The notes beneath the pieces were generated by a model. The model saw only the letters and a program-made list of their open reading frames with translations, had not been told where the DNA came from and did no database searches. Shown piece by piece: positions 37,601-49,600 of a stretch of DNA of 64,000 bases (positions are counted from its first letter, which is position 1; every line of letters begins with the position of its first letter). Made by a program: the position numbers and the translations under genes. The stretch is from Macrostomum lignano (Eukaryota): NCBI GenBank assembly GCA_002269645.1, contig NIVC01000109.1:545670-609669 (forward strand), written 5' to 3'.

Positions 37601-40600
37601 GGGTGAGAGATGGGAGGCAGACAGAAGAGGTTGTGTCAGAAGGCCAGAAGTCTCTCCTGTATTCTCGTGAACTCAAAGCTCCGCTGTGATGATGTCACTA
37701 CTGAAATAATAGGGAGCAAGAGGATGAGCTCGTGCCGATGTAATCAAGGTGGGTGAAGATGGGATAGAATTTAAAGGAGAAAAATGTGCAATAGTGCAGC
37801 AGTCCCAGCTAGAAGCCTGTTCCGGACAACCTGAGGCGGGTGGCTGCTCAGCGCTCTCTTATGCAGCCTGAGCTGAAGCCCCTCGTTTGGCCTTTTTGCC
37901 ACCTCCGTGCCTCACGTTTGCCTCCTTCCTCCCCTCCCTACCCTTCTGCTCTGGGCAACTAATGGCTTGATGCTGCTGCAGTTCCTCCCCCTAGCCTTCG
38001 TCTCTCAGCCTCCTCCTTTTGCGCTTCATCTGTAGTCTGTCGGGCAGATCGTGTTGCAGACTCTCTCTTGCTAAATAGCTTGCATGTTTCAAAATTTGTT
38101 TTGCAAAAGCAAATGTTCCTTAACGCGTATTAAGGGCCCAGGTGTGATGATTGGTAAAAATGGTTAAATAGCAGATTCAGCAAAGGCAGGCACAGGCACC
38201 CGTCACAACCACCGGGTTGGCCGCAAAATGCCAAGCTATAAGATTGCTTCGACAACAAGCCAGTGAGTGAGAATAGAAGAACGTTGAGTCAGCCTCCCTT
38301 AGTACCTCATCCGAACTGGTATGGGAGCTGGCATTGGGATACAGACAGCAGCGAGGATGAGGGACTGAAGGGAAGCCGAGAGGCGAGGGGAGAAAGGGCT
38401 AGGAAGATAACTATAGAGAATTGGGGCTGGCAGTCAGTCACACAGTGGCAGACTGAAGGCTGAGAACAGGAGGGGGAGATGAGGTCGGGGGAAACTGCTG
38501 CTGCCAACTGCATCACGGTAGACTTCAGGAGTTCTGGGCATTGTCCCCCAGAGTCGGTGACAAAGGCAAACAGGCATATGGGAGAAAACTGAGAGAGGAT
38601 TCAGCAAAGGAAAAATATGTTTACTTGAATATACATTTATGCCATCAAATGAAATTTCACATATCACCTCATGTTGGTTTAGATGGAATCAGCGGGTGAG
38701 AAATTAATGGAGAAGGTGAGTGACACAGGGAAAATAGAGGATGAGAGTCACTCAGAGAACGGCAGGCAGATGAGGTGAGAGTCACTCAGAAAACGGCAGG
38801 CAGATGAGGTGAGAGTCACTCCAGGAACGGCAGGCAGATGAGGTGAGAGTCACTCAGAAAACGGCAGGCAGATGAGGTGAGAGTCACTCCAAGAACGGCA
38901 GGCAGATGAGATGAGAGTCACTCCAAGAACGGCAGGCAGATGAGGTGAGAGTCACTCCAAGAACGGCAGGCAGAGGAGGTGAGAGTCACTCAGAGAACGG
39001 CAGGCAGATGAGGTGAGACTGAGAGTCACTCCAAGAACGGCAGGCAGAGGAGGTGAGAGTCACTCCAAGAACGGCAGGCAGATGAGGTGAGAGTCACTCA
39101 GAGAACGGCAGGCAGATGAGGTGAGACTGAGAGTCACTCCAAGAACGGCAGGCAGATGAGATGAGAGTCACTCCAAGAACGGCAGGCAGAGGAGGTGAGA
39201 GTCACTCCGAGAACGGCAGGCAGATGAGGTGAGAGTCACTCCAAGAACGGCAGGCAGAGGAGGTGAGAGTCACTCCAAGAACGGCAGGCAGAGGAGGTGA
39301 GAGTCACTCAGAGAACGGCAGGCAGATGAGGTGAGAGTCACTCCAAGAACGGCAGGCAGAGGAGGTGAGAGTCACTCCAAGAACGGCAGGCAGAGGAGGT
39401 GAGAGTCACTCCAAGAACGGCAGGCAGATGAGGTGAGAGTCACTCCAAGAACGGCAGGCAGAGGAGGTGAGAGTCACTCCAAGAACGGCAGGCAGAGGAG
39501 GTGAGAGTCACTCCAAGAACGGCAGGCAGATGAGGTGAGAGTCACTCCGAGAACGGCAGGCAGATGAGGTGAGAGTCACTCCAAGAACGGCAGGCAGAGG
39601 AGGTGAGAGTCACTCCAAGAACGGCAGGCAGATGAGGTGAGAGTCACTTTGAGAACGGCAGGCAGATCTGGTAGCGACACACAGCAGTGGTGAAAGTTGC
39701 TAACAGGACAAGCGGAAGACACACGGCAGGACCAAAATTAGCATAAGTATCAGGCGGCAAAATGCCCCGAGGGGGGGGGGGAGGCTCGTCCCGGTTGCAG
39801 CCAAGGCTCCCCCGGTCTTGCCACTGCTTTGGGAATCAAATAAGTCCTGCTGCTCCTGACTGCGGTGCTTTTTCATTCCTTGTTTTTTTTATTTTTTTGC
39901 CTCAGCTTTCCGTCACGAAAAGCCCGCGGCAGTTCGAGGCGTGTGGAGGAAAAAAGTCGCAGTGCAAAGCAGCAGAGTTTGCGCTTTTTATTTTCAGCCT
40001 GCTTCCCCTGTTTGCATTGTTGTGGAAGTCTGGCACGCATTTTTGGTAGGTGGAATTGTTTATTATCGGCACCGGGTCACTCTGCGGACCGTCACTGGCT
40101 TTGAGAACTTTTATCGCTCGTTGGATCGCTGAAAAACTTTAATACCGCATGAGTTTTGCAATTTGGTTTGGTAATTATTGATGAAACAATTCAAGCTAAC
40201 AATTAATGATGCCGTTACCTTTCTTCTACTGGCTGACTCATTTTCTCATCACACCCATTTGTCTCTTATCTCACGTTCCTGTAACTCATCTCACCCTCCA
40301 GTCTCTAATCTCACGCTTCAGTCTCTAATCTCACCCTCTAGTCTCTAATCTCACACTCCAGTCTTTAAACTCACGCTCCAGTCTCTAATCTCACCCTCCA
40401 GTCTCTAATCTCACCCTCCAGTCTCTAATCTCACCCTCCAGTCTCTAATCTCACCCTCCAGTCTTTAAACTCACGCTCCAGTCTCTAATCTCACCCTCCA
40501 GTCTCTAATCTCACGCTCCAGTCTCTAATCTCACGCTCCAGTCTCTAATCTCACCATTCAGTCTCTAATCACACCCATTTGTCTCTTATCTCACGTTCCT

Positions 40601-43600
40601 GTAACTCATCTCACCCTCCAGTCTCTAATATAACGCTCCAGTCTCTAATCTCACCATCCAGTCTCTAATCTCACCATCCAGTCTCTAATCATACCCATTT
40701 GTCTCTTATCTCACGTTCCTGTAACTCATCTCACCCTTCAGTCTCTAATCTCACGCTTCAGTCTCTAATCTCACACTCCAGTCTCTAATCTCACTCTCCA
40801 GTCTCTAATCTCACCCCCTGTCTCTAATCTCACACTCCAGTCTCCTATCTCACACTCCAGTCTCTAATCTCACCCTCCTGTCTCTAATCTCACACTCAAG
40901 TCTTTAATCTCACACTCCAGTCTCTAATCTCACCCTCCAGTCTCTAATCTCACCCTCTAGTCTCTAATCTCACCCTCCAGACTCTAATCTCACCCTCCAG
41001 TCTCTAATCTCACACTACAGTCTCCAATCTCACACTCCAGTCTCCAATCTCACACTCCAGTCTCTAATCTCACTCTCCAGTCTCTAATCTCACCCTCCTG
41101 TCTCTAATCTCACACTCCAGTCTCTAATCTCACACTACAGTCTTTAATCTCACTCTCCTGTCTGTAATCTTTTTCCAATCTCTTATCTCATCCGATTGTC
41201 TGATCTGACCAATCTCATGCTTACGAAATTCATCTCAACATCAGTCTCTCATCTCACCTAGGAAAGAACAGATATCAAAGAGATATAACTTTGAAACTTT
41301 TTAGGATGTCAGTAAAATAGTGACAAAAATGAAGCGTTTGATTTCACTTAGAAATTTTCCTTAACCAACAAAACTTCGAAAAATGCATCTGGCTGCACTT
41401 GGTTCGAGCGAGTCAGCATCTGCGTAATTCTCATCAACTGCATCACTCTGGGCATGTACCGACCCTGCGAGGATGAGCAGTGCTCAATGACCCGCTGTCA
41501 GATCCTGTTCGGATTCGACCACGCCGTTTTTGCCTTCTTCGCAATCGAAATGCTTGTCAAAGTCGTTGCCATGGGCTTTCTTGGAAAGCTGGGCTATCTG
41601 GGAGATTCTTGGAATCGACTGGACTGCTTCATCGTTTTGGCTGGGTGAGTTGTAGCATTGCCATCTTTAATATTCGCCTGTTCCAACCTTCCAACGTTTT
41701 TAGACTGTATTGAAGGCCTGTCAACTTTTCTATGATTTAAAGGCCTGTCACACTCCTGATTTTTAAAAGCCTGTCACCCTTCACTGTTTTGAAGGCCTGT
41801 CACCCTTCACTGTTTTGAAGGCCTGTCACCATTCAGTGTTTTGAAGGCCTGTCACCATTCAGTGTTTTGAAGGCCTGTCATCCTTGACTGTTTTGAAGGC
41901 CTATCACCATTCAGTGTTTTGAAGGCCTGTCACCCTTGACTGTTTTGAAGGCCTATCACCCTTCAGTGTTTTGAAGGCCTATCACCCTTCAGTGTTTTGA
42001 AGGCCTGTCACCCTTGACTGTTTTGAAGGCCTATCACCCTTCAGTGTTTTGAAGGCCTGTCACCCTTGACTGTTTTGAAGGCCTATCACCATTCAGTGTT
42101 TTGAAGGCTTATCACCCTTCAGTGTTTTGAAGGCCTGTCACCCTTGACTGTTTTGAAGGCCTATCACCATTCAGTGTTTTGAAGGCCTATCACCATTCAG
42201 TGTTTTGAAGGCCTATCACCATTCAGTGTTTTGAAGGCCTGTCACCCTTCACTGTTTTGAAGGCCTGTCACCTTACACTGTTTTGAAGGCCTGTCACCTT
42301 ACACTGTTTTGAAGGCCTGTCACCTTACACTGTTTTGAAGGCCTGTCACCTTACACTGTTTTGAAGGCCTGTCACCTTACACTGTTTTGAAGGCCTGTCA
42401 CCATTCACTGTTTTGAAGGACTATCACCCTTCACTGTTTTGAAGGCCTGTCACCATTCACTGTTTTGAAGGCCTGTCACCCTTCACTGTTTTGAAGGCCT
42501 GTCACCCTTCACTGTTTTGAAGGCCTGTCAACTCGCCCCGCTTGATACCCGAAATTGCATCGATTCCACCCAAGCCGACTCAAACAAGAATCTACTTAGA
42601 CTTAGGCTAGCAGATTCTCGGCTCCAGTTGCCGCAGTCTTGAATAGATCAGGCAGAGCTGGAACCGGTTGTTAGGCCGAGCTCATGACTAAGGGATAAGA
42701 TCCTGGACTCGGATTCTGGTCCCCAGGGGGCTGCAAGATGAAGGTGGGGAGAGGGAGAAGGAGGCCGTTCGAGCTCGTCGGCTCATTGATAATTCAAAGA
42801 ATTGTCGCTTTTCGGCGTTACTCAAATGTCTTCGTCTCGGAGACCGTCTCAGTTCCTTCTCTTTTCCTGGCCAGCGGCTGCCCTGGCCAGCTTTGTTGAA
42901 CTGGGCTCAGGCACTTCACCTACACATTTTTAGCTCCTTTTTCTGACCCTTCATGCCCTGCATTCCTCCCTTCATCTGACCCTTCATTCCCTTCATTTCT
43001 CCCTTCATCTGACCCTTCATTTGATCCATTCCTCCCTTCATCTGATTCTTCATTTGATCCATTTCTTCCTTATATGACCCTTCCTTCCTATATTTGACCC
43101 TTCATTCCCTTCATCTAATCCTTCATTCCCTTCATCTGAACCTTCATTCCCTTTTCTGACGCTTCATTCTTTTCATCTGACCTTTCCTTTTTCTGCTGTT
43201 CTTATTAGCTTTCCTAATAGTTGAGTAATTTTATCCTGTCACTCCCCTGAACAGAACCTTGGAGTACCTGCCGCAGACCAAGGACCTGAGTCTAACAGCC
43301 ATTCGAACCATTCGCGTACTGAGGCCTCTCCGAGCCATCAACCGCATTCCAAGTGAGCTTTCTTCCATAGAAATTTACTAGTGCATACCTATCTGACTGA
43401 ATACCTGCCTAAATACCTGTCTCAGTACCTGTTTAAATATCTGTCTGAATACCTTTTTGAATACCTGTGTGAATACCTGTTTAAATACCTGTCTGAATAC
43501 GTGTCCAAACAAATGTTTAAATAATTGTCTCAATACCTTTTTGAATACCTGTCTGAATATCGTTTAAATACCTGTTCTGCATACCTTTTTAAATACCTGA

Positions 43601-46600
43601 CTGAATACCTGCTTGAATACCTGTGTGAATACCTCTGAGAATACCTGTTTAAATACCTGTTTAAATAACTGTTTAAAATATGCCTGAATGCCTGTCTGAA
43701 TACCTGTTCAAATACCTGTCGGAATACCTTTCTGAATACCTGTTTAAATACCTGACTGAATACCTGCTTGAATACCTGTGTGAATACCTGTGTTAATACC
43801 TATCTGAATGCCCGTCCGAATACCCGTTTAAATACCTGTCTGAATACCTTTTTAAATGCCCATATTGAACAATTCGCATTCACCAACACGCAGGCATGCG
43901 GATCCTGGTGATGCTGCTGCTGGACACCCTGCCAATGCTCGGCAACGTGCTGCTGCTCTGCTTCTTCGTGTTCTTTATCTTCGGCATCATCGGGGTGCAG
44001 CTGTGGAAGGGCCTCCTGCGCCACCGGTGCTACTTGGAGTCCAACTTCACCTACCCGCATCCGGGGTGAGACTGAAACTGCGCCCCAACCAAAATTCCCA
44101 ACTAAATTAGAAACTTCCATAGCTGTCTCTCCTGACTCTCATAGCTGTCTCTCCTGACTCTCATAGCTGTCTCTCCTGACTCTCATAGCTGTCTCTCCTG
44201 ACTCTCAAAGCTGCCTCTCCTGACTCTCATAGCTGTCTCTCCTGACTCTCATACTCTCGTAGCTGTCTCTCCTGACTCTCATAGCTGTCTCTCCTGACTC
44301 TCAAAGCTGCCTCTCCTGACTCTCATAGCTGTCTCTCCTGACTCTCAAAGCTGCCTCTCCTGACTCTCATAGCTGTCTCTCCTGACTCTCATAGCTGCCT
44401 CTCCTGACTCTCATAGCTGCCTCTCCTGACTCTCATAGCTGCCTCTCCTGACTCTCATAGCTGCCTCTCCTGACTCATTTAGCGGCCTTTCCTGACTCAT
44501 AGCTGTCCCTGCTGACTCTAAATAGCCCACTTATGGAGAACTTAAGTACAAAGACGGTTTCATTAAACCTAGTACCCAAGAAGCAATGTATTAACTCAGA
44601 ACATGATAATTTGTTTATTAAACTTCTGATAAACTGATAAAACCGGCTTCCAGTGAAGCGCGTCTTGGCAAGGACTAATTAAGAAGATGACGGACACTCA
44701 AGCTGTCCTACTAGAGATATCCTTGATAAACCAGCCTCCCCCTATATACCTTCCAGCATGAACCTGAGCGAGTACTACAAGCCGAACACCAGCGTTGACA
44801 CCCCGGTTGCTGCCAAAGATTTCATCTGCGCCCTGGAGGACTCCAGCGGCATCCAGACCTGCAAGAATATCAAACCCACCGTGCTCTGGCCCGACGATGG
44901 CCGCAAATATCTCAGCTGCAACCGGTCCGCTAATATGCGCGGTGACAACAAGCCTACTAATAGTAGCTGCGTTAACTGGAATCAGTACTACACTCAGTGC
45001 AGGCCCGGGTTCAGTAATCCCTACATGGGATCCATCAACTTTGACAACATCGGATTCGCCTGGGTGGCCATCTTTCAGGTTCGTCAGGATTTTTTTAAAT
45101 ATAGTCGATTGAAACTAGACTGTTTGGCAACCAATCAGACTCGAGGAGGGGTTCAGAGAGTCGCGGGGAATGAAGAATGTACAGCAATCTGAAGGCGAAA
45201 CTTCTTCAACCAATCAGACTCGAGGAGGGGGTCAGAGAGTCGCGGGGAAGGAAGAGTGTACAGCAATCTGAATGGTGAAACTTCTTCAACCAATCAGACT
45301 CGAGGAGGGGGTCAGAGAGTCGCGGGGAAGGAAGAGTGTAAAACAGACTGAAGGAGAAGCTTTGCAACAAAATCAGTAAAATAAAAATTCAAAAGCGAGA
45401 AAAACCATTTAAAATGAGCAAATAAAAAGCTTTTCATGCCAAAGCAATTAATTTTTTGTTAAACGTCTTCTAAAAACGTCTTCCACAAGCAGTGACTGGT
45501 TGTTCTTTTTGACTCTCTGTTTGGATAAAGAAAAGAGATTTTTATTGCAAGAACGATTTCGTGCAGAGAAATCTCTGGCCAGACTCCCGTCAGACATTGC
45601 GGCTTAATGAGATTTTTGTAGTCGTTGCAGAGCCAGCCGCGTGTCTGACTCAAAATCCGAGGCTACCCAGGCATTAATTTGAATAATTGCCACAACCCAG
45701 AATCATCCCCTAAGCTGAGGCGTCCGCCCGTTTTGTGTTGGAGATTTTTACTCTCAATGCTGATTAGATTAACGTTGCTGATTAGAAATAGGCATTTGTG
45801 AGCCGGAATTCGAGTCATGCTACAAAAAAAGCGATTTTATTTCAAATGATTTTGCACAATATTGAATTCGCATATAAAAGTGCAAGATCTGTCTGTGTTT
45901 TTTTTACTTTGAACAATTCAAACAAAATAGCGCGCCAATTTAATTTGTAAAATTCGTATCAGGTGATCAGTCTGGAGAGCTGGGTGGACATCATGTACTA
46001 TGTGCAGGACGCGCACTCGTTCTGGGACTGGATGTACTTTGTGGCTCTGATTGTGGTAAGTTCAGTGATCTGTTTGAACCCGAAGTTTAGGGTTGAAATC
46101 TTGCAGATTGAGCTGTCAGTGTGAGGTTGAGCGGGCGTTCACTGGGTAGATAGTGGGAGTTCACTGGTTAGATAGTGGGAGTTCACTGGGTAGATAGCGG
46201 GAGCTCACTGGGTAGATAGCGGGAGTTCACTGGTTAGATAGTGGGAGTTCACTGGTTAGATAGCGGGAGTTCACTGGGTAGATAGCGGGAGTTCACTGGT
46301 TAGATAGCGGGAGTTCACTGGGTAGATAGCGGGAGTTCACTGGGTAGATAGCGGGAGTTCACTGGTTAGATAGTGGGAGTTCACTGGGTAGATAGCGGGA
46401 GTTCACTGGTTAGATAGCGGGAGTTCACTGGGTAGATAGCGGGAGTTCACTGGTTAGATAGCGGGAGTTCACTGGGTAGATAGCGGGAGTTCACTGGGTA
46501 GATAGCGGGAGTTCACTGGTTAGATAGTGGGAGTTCACTGGGTAGATAGCGGGAGTCACTGAGTAGATAGCGGGAGTTCACAGCCAAAAGCCCGCAACTC

Positions 46601-49600
46601 TCCAGATCGGCTCGTTCTTCATGATCAACCTGTGCCTGGTTGTCATAGCAACCCAGTTCTCGGAGACCAAGCGCCGCGAAGTGGAAAAGATGATGCTGGA
46701 GCGGCAGCGCTACCAGTCCAGCTCGAGTCTGGAGAGCAGCAGGCAGCCGGGAAGCTGCTACAGTCAGATTGTCCGCCTCATCATTCGAGTCTGCAAGCGG
46801 GGCTGCCGCAGACTCTGGCATCGGTGGCGCCAGATGAGCCGCTTGAATCCGGCCAGTTCGGCCTGTCACGAGCCGGCGGCTGGGCTTCCGTTCCAGCAAC
46901 AGCGACGAGTTGCTGGTTCGGCGTCCCTGGCTCCGCCGCCCATGGCCACGCCGGAGCTGTCAGATGTCGATTCGCAGAATTCGCCTCGGCTACTGGGAGG
47001 TCGCGGTGGCGGCGGAGTGGTGAACCTCCGAGTGCTTCTGACTGCTCCATCGGGACTCGGCGAGTGTGCAGCTGGCAGCGGAAATGGCGGCGGCGTCAGC
47101 AGTCGTCGTTCGTCGTTGAACAGCTCGACGGCCGCTTGGTCGATTGCTCGAGGCTACACGGAGCGGGACCTGTTCGCCACAGGACTGTCCGGTGGTGAGT
47201 GAGCGGGACTGCTTGAGAGTGAGCGGGACTGCTTGAGAGTGAGTGGGACTGTTTGAGAGTGAGCGGGACTGTTTGAGAGTGAGCGGGACTGTTTGAGAGT
47301 GAACGGGACTACTTGAGAGTGAGCGGGACTGTTTGAGAGTGAGTGGGACTGTTTGAGAGTGAACGGGACTACTTGAGAGTGAGCGGGACTGCTTGAGAGT
47401 GAGCGGGACTACTTGAGAGTGAGTGGGACTACTTGAGAGTGAGCGGGACTGTTTGAGAGTGAACGGGACTACTTGAGAGTGAGCGGGACTGCTTGGGAGT
47501 GAGCGGGACTACTTGAGAGTGAGTGGGACTACTTGAGAGTGAGTGGGACTACTTGAGAGTGAGTGGGACTACTTGAGAGTGAGCGGGACTGCTTGAGAGT
47601 GAGTGGGACTACTTGAGAGTGAGCGGGACTGTTTGAGAGTGAGTGGGACTGTTTGAGAGTGAGCGGGACTGCTTGAGAGTGAGCGGAACTGTTTGAGAGT
47701 GAGTGGGACTGTTTGAGAGTGAGCGGGACTGCTTGAGAGTGAGCGGGACTGCTTGAGAGTGAGCGGGACTGCTTGAGAGTGAGCGGGACTGTTTGAGAGT
47801 AAGTGGGACTGTTTGAGAGTGAACGGGACTGTTTGAGAGTGAACGGGACTACTTGAGAGTGAGCGGGACTGCTTGAGAGTGAGCGGGACTACTTGAGAGT
47901 GAGTGGGACTACTTGAGAGTGAGTGGGACTGTTTGAGAGTGAGTGGGACTACTTGAGAGTGAGCGGGACTGCTTGAGAGTGAGTGGGACTACTTGAGAGT
48001 GAGCGGGACTGTTTGAGAGTGAGCGGGACTGCTTGAGAGTGAGCGGGACTGCTTGAGAGTGAGTGGGACTACTTGAGAGTGAGCGGGACTGCTTGAGAGT
48101 GAGCGGGACTACTTGAGAGTGAGCGGGACTGCTTTGATTTTGCGTGCTACACTTGAGCAAATCCTCCGGAAAGAATGAGTTTTAAAACTTACTATTGTGT
48201 GTCTCACTGTTGTTTTTCGGTCAGCAAAAAGCATGGAGTCATCTCACAAGTTGGAAACCCAGTGATCGGGCACTGTATGAAGGGCGGCAATCGTTGATAT
48301 GAAGAGCGGACTGACACAGTGTCTGAACTGAGATATGACCGGTAGGCAGGGGAGCCATCAGCTGAAGGTCTCGTAAGTCAATCATCCTGGCAGCTCAGTG
48401 CGGTCCCGCCGTCTTAGGCTAAGGGCTGGTGAATATTTCATACGGCTACAGGGCCGCACGCCATCTCTTACTGAGTCCATCCCAGCCTCCGCTCATCATC
48501 CTTTTCTCTCCTCGCAGCGCGAGTGAAAAAAAATAAGGCGAAGGCTGGGCTGGCTGCAACAAGCTGCTGAGCCACCCTCAGTGAGATCGATTTACAAATA
48601 AACACCTCAGCGGCTCTGGGCTCTTTGGTCGCAAATGTGCTCAACCTGCTCTGGTCTCGGGCTTCTTTGAGCTGCTTAATTTCTGGGGCGGCTTTCGCCC
48701 ACTTTCCAGCGCGTCATTCTTTAACGATCGTCTTTCGCTCAGGGTAAACGGTTTGTTTGAAGGACCGGCCTACTGCACTGGTGCCGTGAGAAAGTTCAAA
48801 GCCACCTGTGTCAATATTCCAGTTCATACATTCAAAGTGTGGCCTGACCACAGATACTGAGTAGTATATTTGGCCTGACCACAGATACTGAGTAGTATAT
48901 TTGGCCTGACCACAGATACTGAGTAGTATATTTGGCCTGACCACAGATACTGAGTAGTATATTTGGCCTGACCACAGATACTGAGTAGTATATTTGGCCT
49001 GACCACAGATACTGAGTAGTATATTTGGCCTGACCACAGATACTGAGTAGTATATTTGGCCTGACCACAGATACTGAGTAGTATATTTGGCCTGACCGCT
49101 GTGTCCTTTGTGTTGCTTAATTGATTCTTATTTATAATTTTAATTCACAAATAGTGAACGCAAGGCTTTAGTTGTAATTACATAATACATAATATTGAAC
49201 TACATAATATAGAGCTACATAGAAGTAGAAAGATCACTAACCAAGTAAGTATAAGTGCATTTGCATTAATAAAAGAAGCTTCATGTCGAAGTTAGGAGAT
49301 TCATTTGGGAATCCCTACGATGTCGAGGCTTGCAGGGAATCGCTATAATGCTGTAGTGCTACAATGACTCTTGGAGAGAATCACTGAAATGTCAATGCTT
49401 TAGGGTTAGGGCTAGGGTTAGAAGGTTGAAAGATTTTTTAGATTTCAAGGCTTATTGGGGGCATCGCTGAGATGTCAAGGGGGGGTAAGTTGATATGTTG
49501 AAGCTTGTGGGGGGGGGAATCACTGACATGTCAAGGCTTACAAGGGACTGCTGAGGTATATTGCAAAGAGATGCTACATGTAGTTATTACAAAACTTGTA

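Larger units (their letters stand above)
34792..41398 (+). other. U12-type (minor spliceosome) AT-AC intron of Cav3, 6607 nt
   Basis: 5' end ATATCCTTT (34792-34800), branch-site consensus TTCCTTAAC (41357-41365), 3' end ..gctgcAC (41398). Splicing yields [18 protein letters not shown], matching the Cav3 motif NP-WFE..SMLVILLNC. No GT-AG alternative restores this frame nearby. Confidence 0.92.

Noticed and set aside
34051-40132. Short ORFs upstream of and within the Cav3 first intron as nested genes
   Set aside because: No recognisable domains, codon structure or consistent splice signals.
44660-44730. Hammerhead-like ribozyme (gatgac-ggac...gtcc stem)
   Set aside because: It lacks the CUGAnGA and GAAA core in the right geometry. 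I saw no convincing ribozyme elsewhere by eye.
48700-48840. Penelope-like GIY-YIG C-terminus ([11 protein letters not shown]) on the minus strand
   Set aside because: Only one short motif, with no RT or other endonuclease motifs nearby.
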